DNA of 63,954 nt, filler included, from Neoconidiobolus thromboides FSU 785 (lineage: Eukaryota > Fungi > Entomophthoromycota), in the NCBI GenBank assembly GCA_025603075.1. It is 9 parts of 9 records of this genome, joined end to end, with 100 filler letters (N's around TTAATTAATTAA, not from the genome) between each part and the next. Parts side by side here need not be neighbours in the genome. Positions count along the whole stretch, not along the records: positions 34,920 to 37,764 come from MU626833.1; positions 37,865 to 39,694 come from MU626904.1; positions 39,795 to 40,996 come from MU627020.1; positions 41,097 to 43,584 come from MU626277.1; positions 43,685 to 47,024 come from MU626821.1; 4 more parts are not named here. One strand, 5' to 3'. Position numbers and translations under genes: made by a program. This document shows, piece after piece, positions 34,920 to 44,140 of this stretch. Each line of letters starts with the position of its first letter. The stretch's first letter is position 1. The notes under the pieces are model-generated. The model saw only the letters and a program-made list of their open reading frames with translations. It was not told where the DNA came from and did no database searches.

Positions 34920-35420
34920 AACATCTATATCATTACCATTTACTTTTTCAGCTACTTTAAAAAAGCCTTTAATAGCATCGGTAAATATTTGAGTAGAGAA
35001 TTGTTTTTTGAATGGTGGATTTAATACTTTACGATGACGCTTCCATACATTATGATTTGAGAATACCAAATTGATACCCATAAATTTAGAGAACAGACTA
35101 TTAGGTAATGCTTCAATAGGTATCTCTTTAGGAAAGTTGATAGTATCATTATAAATCATCTTTGCTGCTTTTGGACAAGAAACCAAAACTGTCCATGATC
35201 CTATATTACTTTCCACTTGTACTTTATGCTTTTTTAATATCTCACTATTGAATGCTTCGATTTTGATATCGATTGGTGCTGTATAAAAGATAGCTTTAAT
35301 CGAATCTATTAAGCCTCTAGAAGGTAAATGAGCAAGATTACTTGGTTTCTTCAAAAAAAAGAAATAGAAGTAAAGTGCTGGAATCAAAGATATAACTAAT
35401 ATAAAAGTTGTTATTGTCAT
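34920..35420 (-). CDS. Cytochrome P450, N-terminal fragment; rest in gap
   Basis: N-terminal membrane anchor, then LVSCPKAAKMI and the C-helix signature LVFSNHNVWKRHRKVLNPPF. Confidence 0.8.
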
Positions 35421-35686
35421 TTTTTTATAATTTGTTTAATCAATTACTGCTTGATTTTATACCTTTTCAGTTAAAATATTTTGTTTTTACTATTTTCTTC
35501 GGCTCCTACTTCTTTCCATCGGACCGTTCCTAATGACCAATTATTAAAAACTATTGAGTTTAGATGATGAATTAAAATTATAACACTTGTTTAGCTAGCT
35601 ATGGTTCAAAAATGATAACCCGAGTTACTCTAAAGAATTGTTAAAATTTTAAGCATAGGGCTAAATGTATTTTAATATATCACACC

Positions 35687-35843
35687 TATTATAACTCTTT
35701 TACGACCTTCTTGACTATCTATTTGCCGCAAAAAATTATGTCAAATTCTGCTAAAATCTAAAAAATAGGCTTTAAAAAAATCTTTATATAAATGGTTTTA
35801 CTATAAAATCTATAGCTAAAAGGATCGCAAAAGAGTTGTAATA
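35687..35843. mobile_element. Candidate TIR element (second MITE family), ~157 bp
   Basis: TATTATAACTCTTTTACGACCTTCTTGACTA versus the reverse complement of the right end TATTACAACTCTTTTGCGATCCTTTTAGCTA: ~31-bp imperfect IR, all mismatches transitions, TA at both outer ends. Confidence 0.5.
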
Positions 35844-36045
35844 ACTCTACTATTGTTGGATGTGTAGATTATCTATTTTCCACTTAAATGTTGAAGTTTT
35901 AAGCATATTGTTCCCACACCAAAATCATTAAAGTTTAAGTTGGCCAATTCAAGGGACAATTAATCGGTTTTTGAAACGTTTATACTGAATTTAAAATTAC
36001 CAAATTAGTAAGTTTTATCCAGTAATAAAGTTATTTTATACATAT

Positions 36046-36137
36046 GGAAATGTATTTATGTATTTGAGAATTTTACTAACAGTTTTTCCGCTCAAATAGC
36101 CCTTAAAACATGGAAAAAGTGAAATAAAGAATACCTT
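36046..36137 (+). mobile_element. MITE family 1, copy 8 (degenerate)
   Basis: Core GAGAATTTTACTAACAGTTTTTCCGCTCAAATAGCCCTTAAAACATGGAAAAAGT; TSD ATAT/ATAT. Confidence 0.75.
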
Positions 36138-37150
36138 ATATGGAATTCAAGAAGTTACAAATTATTTTATTTAATACTACAGCCAATATAGATTATACTA
36201 TCCAAGTTTTAAAGGACTGAAAGATACTTGATTTTCTGAGTTCAAGAATAATGTCATTATTCTAAAAATTACAAATGGTACGTTTTTTAAAATTTAGATT
36301 AATTTCCAAGTAAATTCTGAGACCAATCTGGACAATCCCATACAATGTCATTCTAAAACTTAAATTTTTAAATTTGTCTTTAATGTGACAGTTAAATCTA
36401 AAAAGCTTAAAATTAAATCTCTTTAACTTAAAAAACTTATTTTAATTGTTTCCTTTTCTTGAATAATTGATTTTTCTAACTACATGTTTTATATTATTTC
36501 TGTCAAATACTTAATGGATATACAATATATAACTGTACAATTATATAAATGTAGTTATTTGACTTTGTTTTGTTGAAATAAAAATAAAAGCAAACTTTGA
36601 TAACTAAATTGCGAAATAGGATTTTTGAAAATTTTAATACAATAGGGAGGAGCACACAATATAAACATTGTGATTCGTTTACATCAGTTTTAAGAGCTAC
36701 TGTGAATTATCGCTTTGTCACCTCCATGATTAATTATAACATAATAAACACTTAAATTGTTGTGGTCTCGAGTTCAGAGACAATCAATCCCATGCTCTTA
36801 GTTTGATTTACTGTGAGAATTTCTAGCTTCATCCCAAAAAAAATTATCTTCTCATTTTGATATTTGTACTTGTCAAAGTATAAAAGAGATTTTGGGGTAT
36901 AGTAGCTCGAGGCTTTTTAACTGAGTTATTCCTTGATATCTCACATGTAATAAAGTCGCTAAGTTTTCTTAATGGTATTTTATATTAGTATCGTCTACTC
37001 TATTTGTCTTATATGGTCCGTAGCCTATTGCGTGGTATTCTCTGTAATTCAAGTCTATCTTAGTCACATAAATTAAGACCTTTTGACTTACAGTATAGTC
37101 AACTAGGCAATAACTATTTTTGACTCCAACCACTGAGTATTGGATTTCAC

Positions 37151-37197
37151 AGTGCTCAAAAAATAGAGAAAGTAATGAAACCAAAAAAGGCACTCTC
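37151..37197 (+). mobile_element. MITE family 1, copy 9 (right half only)
   Basis: AGTGCTCAAAAAATAGAGAAAGTAATGAAACCAAAAAAGGCACTCTC followed by AAAT. Confidence 0.65.
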
Positions 37198-37383
37198 AAA
37201 TCTTAATAAAATAGTTAAATTGTTTAATAAATCTTATAGAATAATTTTATTTTGCTCATTTTGTATTTTTTGTACTTTTGATAATAGACTGTAATGTTAA
37301 TATTTTATTATTATTACTTATTTTTGAATAACCATATTGATTTTGTATTAAATCTAAAACTTTCACATTCGTTAAAAGAATAT

Positions 37384-37481
37384 GAGGGATGTATTTTTTT
37401 GCTTAAGAATTTTACTAACAATTTTTCCGCTCAAATAGCCCTTAAAAATGGAGAGAGTAATGAAACCGAAAAAATATCTCT
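37384..37481 (+). mobile_element. MITE family 1, copy 10
   Basis: GAGGGATGTATTTTTTTGCTTAAGAATTTT...TCAAATAGCCCTTAAAAATGG...; flanks ATAT/GTAT. Confidence 0.85.
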
Positions 37482-37638
37482 GTATCTTTATTTAATATAA
37501 ACTATAGTTTTTACTTAAACACTTTATACTTTATTATATTAAATTTCACATAAACATTTGTATTTTTTATTTTGGAGAAAATTATAAAGGCAATATGAGT
37601 TGTTAAATATAAATTAAAAGTACTAATAAAGAGAGAAT

Positions 37639-37732
37639 GGGGATGTATTTTTGCATTTCAGAATTTTACTACAACCTTTCCACTCAAATAGTGCTTAAAA
37701 AATAGAAGTAATAAAGCCAAAAAAACATCCCC
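37639..37732 (+). mobile_element. MITE family 1, copy 11
   Basis: Intact TIRs; TSD GAAT/GAAT. Confidence 0.9.
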
Positions 37733-37911
37733 GAATAGTAGTTATAATAAAAGAGCTTTTTTATNNNNNNNNNNNNNNNNNNNNNNNNNNNNNNNNNNNN
37801 NNNNNNNNTTAATTAATTAANNNNNNNNNNNNNNNNNNNNNNNNNNNNNNNNNNNNNNNNNNNNAAGTTTAATTTTAGATTACACTAGTTTAACACTAAT
37901 GTATTTTATAG

Positions 37912-38046
37912 GTATATGAATCTAATTTACCTAATCCATACCGTATTGTTAAACCTGGACAAATGGTTACTATGGACTTTGTAGAGAACAGATTAACTAT
38001 ACATATTGATTCTAATAATATTATAACTAGCGCTGGCTATAACTAA
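37912..38046 (+). CDS. Last exon of a peptidase inhibitor I78 / potato-inhibitor-I-like protein (not in ORF track; 5' part in gap)
   Basis: After acceptor TATAG: VYESNLPNPYRIVKPGQMVTMDFVENRLTIHIDSNNIITSAGYN*, matching the R-x-x-x-PG-x-x-VTMD-x-x-x-x-R-L-x-I pattern. Confidence 0.75.
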   Translation, partial: VYESNLPNPYRIVKPGQMVTMDFVENRLTIHIDSNNIITSAGYN

Positions 38047-38137
38047 TAGTATAATTTATTTAAATAAAAAAGTAATAAAATTAGCAAACATTTGATTTTT
38101 TCACTTTTTATTTATTTTAAGAATCACTATACTATAA

Positions 38138-38236
38138 GAGGATGATTTTTTTGGTTTTATTACTTTTTCCATCTTTTAAGCACTATTTGAGCAGAAAAAT
38201 TGTCAGTAAAATTCTTAAACAGAAAAATACATCCCC
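38138..38236 (-). mobile_element. MITE family 1, copy 12
   Basis: Reverse orientation, ends ...AAAAATACATCCCC; flanks ATAA/ATAT. Confidence 0.9.
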
Positions 38237-38382
38237 ATATAATGATTTGGACCATTTTAATAAAGAATCCTGTTTTTGTATCTTAATACTTGATCAATAT
38301 CACTCAACTTAGAGGGTTCTGTCGATCCTTCAGTGTGTTTTCTCAAAAATTTTACTATTTGAAAAGTAAAATTTTAATACTT

Positions 38383-38475
38383 GGGGGTGTTTTCTTTGAC
38401 TTCATTACTTTTTCATTTTTAAGCGCTATTTAAGCGGAAAGATTGTTAGCAAAATTCTTAAAAAATATATCCCCC
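38383..38475 (-). mobile_element. MITE family 1, copy 13
   Basis: GGGGGTGTTTT...AAGCGCTATTTAAGCGGAAA...ATATCCCCC; TSD not resolved. Confidence 0.85.
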
Positions 38476-38902
38476 ATTTAGTGTTTCTAATGTACAAATA
38501 CATTTTTTCATGACAGCCCACTAATACTTTTGGAATGCTAATGGATCAAAGTAAATAAATAACATGTATTGAGACGCTTATAAAGAAGATAAGCTTTATA
38601 TAGCATATTACTGACAAAAATATTATTCCCTTTGTCTAGAAAAAAACATCACACTCATTATCTATGTTATCTAAAAGGAAGCTCTTAGAAAAAAACCAAC
38701 TGGTACGTCTTTCTTATTTCATTTTTTTGCCTATTATTTGTTCAATATAAAACCTAGATAATTTGCTAATAAAAGTTTCAGAAACTGTAAAAATTTATGA
38801 CTATACTCTAAATAAAATTATAATAAAAATTAAAGAGCAAGTTTTTTACAATGATTATAAGTTTCAAATGAAAACAATTGAACAACTAGCCTTTCAATAT
38901 AT

Positions 38903-38999
38903 GGGGCTGTTTTTTGGCTTCATTACTTTTTCTATCTTTTAGGCACTATTTGAATAGAAAATTTGTTAGCAAAATTCTTAAATATAAAAATACATCCCC
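38903..38999 (-). mobile_element. MITE family 1, copy 14
   Basis: GGGGCTGTTTTT...AAAAATACATCCCC; TSD ATAT/ATAT. Confidence 0.9.
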
Positions 39000-39383
39000 A
39001 TATTATAATATAATGGTAAAAAGGGTATTTTTTGTTACTTTGTTATAGTTTTAAAGATCTTAGTTTAAACTATCTTTTTAAAAAGTAAGGTATTTTATCA
39101 AGCAGTGTAATTATAAAAAACATGATATATGACTAACATGAATTTAAAGGCGTGAATCAGTATGAGTATGTAAACCATTTCCCGAATTACTAACCATTTT
39201 TTGATAGCTGCTAGAACTGAGAAATGATTCTCATGCTCACACCAACTCATGTCTTCAAATTTACATTATTTTTAATCCATCATATTTATCAAATAACTGT
39301 AGGAATTTTCAAAATAAAATTATTAATGCTCAAATATTTGAAATATTGACCTTTTACCCAACTTTTAGGAATAGACTTTAAAA

Positions 39384-39594
39384 CTATAAGGTTTTTTCAA
39401 AAGCTTTTGAGCATTTTTTGAACATCATTAAAAAAATAATTTTGCATCTATCAAAGCATGCTAAATCAAGACTAAAAATAAATGAATTTTGAAAATTCAA
39501 TTAAATTATCTATATTTAAACATTCTGGGTTATAGTAAATCTTTATTCAAGTGCTTAAAAAACATTCAGAAGCTTTTGAAAAACCCCTCATAAG
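39384..39594. mobile_element. Candidate old TIR element (third family), ~210 bp
   Basis: ~40-bp imperfect IR centred on TTTTTCAAAAGCTT(T/C)TGA at 39392-39410 and its reverse complement at about 39565-39583. Confidence 0.45.
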
Positions 39595-39794
39595 TTACAT
39601 TAGGGTGGGTTTCAAAATGGCGACAAAATTTAAACATTTAAGGGGAAAGTTAAACTAAGGCTTAGTGAAAAAATTAGTTAAAAAATAAACTATANNNNNN
39701 NNNNNNNNNNNNNNNNNNNNNNNNNNNNNNNNNNNNNNTTAATTAATTAANNNNNNNNNNNNNNNNNNNNNNNNNNNNNNNNNNNNNNNNNNNN

Positions 39795-40135
39795 ACTCTT
39801 TCAAGCACCTCTTTATAACTTTGAAAATGATAGTCACCCAGTTTATCACCTTGCTTTTCTCTAGTTCCAAGGAAATCATTATTTGGTACTTTTTGACATG
39901 CTATTTATATTGTTATTTAGTATTCTGATATGTTTTTAGTTTAGCTTACTTTCTGTAAATAAGCTATATATTGTTTTATTATGTGCTTTACTATCAACTT
40001 GTTTATCAGAATTTATATTCATATAAATGCCTAACTAAAAGTTAATATTTCATATAGATAAGATATTACTTCATTACCAGTCTGACCCGGCTTTCTAGTA
40101 TTTGGTAATTCACGAGCAAGAATTTTAATTGCCAT
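39795..40135 (-). CDS. Long-chain acyl-CoA synthetase (ACSL/FAA-like), first three exons; rest in gap (not in ORF track)
   Basis: Spliced reading MAIKILARELPNTRKPGQT|GIYMNINSDK...TIYSLFTE|TCQKVPNNDFLGTREKQGDKLGDYHFQSYKEVLERV, with two canonical GT-AG introns. Typical ACSL N-terminus (P...FLG.R...G.Y...Y.EV..R). Confidence 0.75.
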
Positions 40136-40739
40136 TTATAAGAAGAGTGTGATTAAGTTAATTGCTTCCTTTTTATACTTTTTACGCATCCATTGTAAGT
40201 TTTTGCATCATTTTTACAACTCCTTTAAACTTTCTTTTTAAATCTCTAAATTAAGTTGATTGTCTATTGTCTATTAACTACTATCTATTTAACATTCGTT
40301 AATTTACAAATATGGTAGAACTCTTATTTTTTTATCCAATAGTTACTTTCAACAACAGTCAGAATTTTTTCGGTACATTTGGTTCCAAAGTTTATCCTAT
40401 TTTTGCTGCATTAATTGATCATTATATTTTTTTTTAATAAATGCCACTTTTAGCATTGTAAGTGTATTTATTTTTAAAATATTAGAATATCACTGGAACA
40501 TTAAAAATAAATTATAAATGTTAATAATTATGAAAATAACAAGATAATCAAAGCAATGGTTATTACTAATAATATAGAAAATCAAAATATTTGATTTAGA
40601 TCAAGAAACTGATTAATAATAGGCATATAACTTACCATTATTAATGTTTACAAATATTAGATATAATGAAGGCATTTTTATCATTATAGCTGCAAAGGTA
40701 CACACCTAATATTTAGCACTATAAATTTAAAAACTATAC

Positions 40740-40834
40740 GGGAATGATTTTTTTGGTTTCATTACTTTTTCCACCTTTTAAGCGCTATTTGAGCGGAAAC
40801 ATTGTTAGTAAAATTCTTGAAAAAGTATATCCCT
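40740..40834 (-). mobile_element. MITE family 1, copy 15
   Basis: GGGAATGATTTT...AGCGCTATTTGAGCGGAAA...ATATCCCT; flanks ATAC/ATAT. Confidence 0.85.
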
Positions 40835-41096
40835 ATATTACACATGACTATTTTAAAAAATACATACAAATCTAATATTAAATTTCTATAACAAATAGCT
40901 GAATTTATTTGTAAAAACTTTCAAAAATGGGGAGAAATTCTTCTTTCACTGCTTTACGTTTGATTTTAAAGCTAGAATAATATTAGTTTAATATCTNNNN
41001 NNNNNNNNNNNNNNNNNNNNNNNNNNNNNNNNNNNNNNNNTTAATTAATTAANNNNNNNNNNNNNNNNNNNNNNNNNNNNNNNNNNNNNNNNNNNN

Positions 41097-41335
41097 TTAA
41101 TAGAATCATCATCTTGAATTAAACCATTGAGTTTCATTAATTGTATTAAATCAAGATTACTTAATTGAAGATATGTAGGTAAATTAGCTTGTTTAGGTTG
41201 AAGATTTTGGGATTTGACACTATAAATTTTGTTATGATAAGATTGATTATCATCAGGTTTAACACTTTGAGATTGATAAGTTTGAGATTGAGTAGATTGA
41301 GTAGATTGAGGTACTATTTCAGTTGGTTTAATTAA

Positions 41336-41371
<36 letters not shown>

Positions 41372-41578
41372 GAAGTTGACTTCTTGTGTTAATTTATTAT
41401 CTGTTAGTTCATTATCTGTTATTTGATTATCTGTTTCTGAGTAATAAATGTTATGACTAAACCTTGATTTATGAGGTTTTGGTATAGAATCCTTTTGAAT
41501 AGATGGAATATTAGGTACAAATGAAGTTGTAATAGTTATTAAATAAAAGAATGATAAGATAATAGAATTGATTTTCAT
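41097..41578 (-). CDS. Secreted low-complexity Gln/Ser/Thr/Asn-rich protein, 3' end in gap
   Basis: Signal peptide MKINSIILSFFYLITITTS; poly-Asn; PQSTQSTQSQTYQSQ. Confidence 0.65.
41336..41371. repeat. (ATT)12 microsatellite encoding poly-Asn
   Basis: 12 perfect ATT units. Confidence 0.9.
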
Positions 41579-41863
41579 ATTTTTAGGAACAGAGTAAAAT
41601 TAATTAATAGATATTGAAAAGGAAAAATAGAAAACTATTAAGTTAGTTAATATGAATGTCAAGTTTGGACTATTTATATCATCTTTTTTTAAAATCATTG
41701 AAGAATAAACTCAGTTATTTATTATATGAATTTAATGGCTTTTTTAAGGGGTTTTATAATTTATTTTTAATAACATTCAAATTCATTTTAGGTGGATATT
41801 TGAGTTATTTTTTTTACTGTTGATTTAGATATTCAATAGGGATTTAATCAAAGTTATTTATAT

Positions 41864-41949
41864 GTAAATCTCTTTTTGTTTAAGCTTACTATCTTTTCCG
41901 CTCAATAGCACTCAAAAAATGGAATAGGTAATGAAACCAAAAAACCCTC
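41864..41949 (+). mobile_element. MITE family 1, copy 16 (degenerate)
   Basis: TTTTTGTTTAAG...TTTTCCGCTCAATAGCACTCAAAAAATGGAATAGGTAATGAAACCAAAAAACCCTC; TSD ATAT/ATAT. Confidence 0.75.
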
Positions 41950-43294
41950 ATATAAATAATTTAGTAAGAGTTTCAATTTTACGTTAACTTTTAGATAAAG
42001 TAACAGAATTGTTAAAGTTATTCTATTTTGCTATAAAATTTAATATAAAAATTGATTTAGTTTATTTTCGTTTTTAAATGTAAGATAACTTTGGAAGCTT
42101 GATTAAAATTAAAATAAATTTTTCATTTTTTGTTCACTTATGTAGCATAAACTTTAAAAAATATTAGCTATAATTAGACAAAAAAACGTTTTAGTGAATA
42201 ATTTAGAATTAAAAAAGTGACTCTTTGTAACACTTGGTGCTAAATACATAATTTTTAGTAAAAATTGAAATTGAAGTCAAGCTCTTGGATTAACTCATAT
42301 ATACCGGTTATATATTCTGATGCTAAATAATTTGATGTTTTTAATATATAGAAAACTTCATTTGTTAATACAAAATTTTATAATGATTTGAAAAAGAATA
42401 TCTTTACCATCCCTCCCTACAACACACTAATTAAAGTTGTGCAGAGCGTTTATGAGATTAGATGGCTAACTTCATCAATTTTATACATTAGCTTTGAAAG
42501 TAGATATTGTATTTCATTGTTTTATTATGCAACTTTATTTTATCTTATTTTATTTACAACAATAATAGTATTCCATTTTTTGCTATTAAACACTATTCTT
42601 ATAAATAAACCTCTTCATTTTTCTTATCTGTTTCTATTATTTTATCTAAAAATATTACTGATTGAAACAAGTTATGTTTTTTAAATTTCAAATTTGCCAA
42701 TGTTTTATATCAACTTTTAGAACTTTATTTAGTAAATCTGTATTTAAACATGATTTTGGCAATTCATGCTGGTTGACCATGTTTCATTACTCAATATCAT
42801 TATGTTTTTAATATGAATACAGCTCCATTAGTTGATTCAAAATTGCAAATAGCTTGGGGTCTATTATCTTTAGTTAATACGTTATAGAAAGGGTGATAGA
42901 AGTTAAGTGGATTTTTAAAAGAATATTTGTATCCGTTTAAGGGTTTTATATGTACTAAAGATTAAGTTTTAGATCATTTAATTAAGTTTCTTTGCTATTT
43001 TGTTTATTTTATAATATAACTTTGGTAATTTATGCTAGCTTTCTAAATTTGAACTATAATTTTATATCATAAAATTAATCCAAATTCAGATTAAAAACAA
43101 AACCACATTAAGTTTTTGAAATAAATTTAAGAACCTTTGAAAATCCATTCAACTGAATTTAATAAATAGAATATCAGGTATAGTATTTCAAAAAATAGTA
43201 TAAATACAGCAAACATTTATGGCGTTAATATTTATCCAATAACGTTTCCTTTAAACCTTAATACTTAATTGACTTAATATTCCATTTACATAAG

Positions 43295-43584
43295 ATGAAG
43301 AACATTTATATATCTATAGTTTTAGCATCATTAATAGCCAATACAGCCTCTCTTGGTACTAATCTTAATGACATTATAAGTCCAAATTTAATACCATCAA
43401 ATTTATTAAATATTGTTAACGGGGGAAATCCATCAGTACATAAATCAAGTTATGGTTCAAAGTCCTATCAACCGGAATATCCAGATAAAAAGCCAGAAGT
43501 CATAAAACCAATTGATGATAAGCCTCAAACTAATCAACCTCAAAGTACTCAACCACAAGGTACTCAACCACAAGGCACTCAACC
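43295..43584 (+). CDS. Secreted low-complexity protein with PQxTQ repeats, 3' end in gap
   Basis: Signal peptide MKNIYISIVLASLIANTAS; KPEVIKPIDDKPQTNQPQSTQPQGTQPQGTQ running into the gap. Confidence 0.7.
43523..43584 (+). repeat. 15-bp coding minisatellite CC(T/A)CAA(A/G)(C/G)(T/C)A(A/C)TCAA
   Basis: At least four units before the gap; the array probably caused the contig break. Confidence 0.8.
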
Positions 43585-44140
43585 NNNNNNNNNNNNNNNN
43601 NNNNNNNNNNNNNNNNNNNNNNNNNNNNTTAATTAATTAANNNNNNNNNNNNNNNNNNNNNNNNNNNNNNNNNNNNNNNNNNNNGTATGCTATTATATAA
43701 TTATCATAATGTAAATCTTCACTTTTTTTCAAAACATTTATTTTTAAATTTTATTTTTATGCTAATTAATTATTTTTAACTAAACTATAAATAGTATTTT
43801 ATGCACATAGTAGTTAAGTTAATTTATCTTTATATGTTCTAATAGAATGTTAAAAATGGTATATTATAAAAATGGTATTGTATCAATTTTAAAAATTAGA
43901 ACAATTATATCAATTGAACTATTAATATGAATTTACAAATGCTTTATGTTGTGATGTAACAATACGATAGAAACATTAGAGATTATATTGTTTTGGAATA
44001 CTATGTTAAATCATATGTTAAAAATTCACTTAAAAAATTGTATTTTGACTATTTTTATAGACATAGTTTTAAAAATAACTAAATTGGTAGCATAAGATAA
44101 CATTAATTTTATTAAATTTTAATACTAACAATCAATAAAG

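Noticed and set aside
11950-41949. CRISPR-like or bacterial REP-like interpretation of the recurring repeat
   Set aside because: Copies are dispersed, about 97 bp long, have TIRs and 4-bp TSDs, lack regular spacers and cas genes, and lie in an intron-containing eukaryotic genome.
42388-42684. 98-aa hydrophobic ORF with TTG start
   Set aside because: Composition (F/L/I/Y/N) is what AT-rich noncoding DNA gives by chance; no motif.
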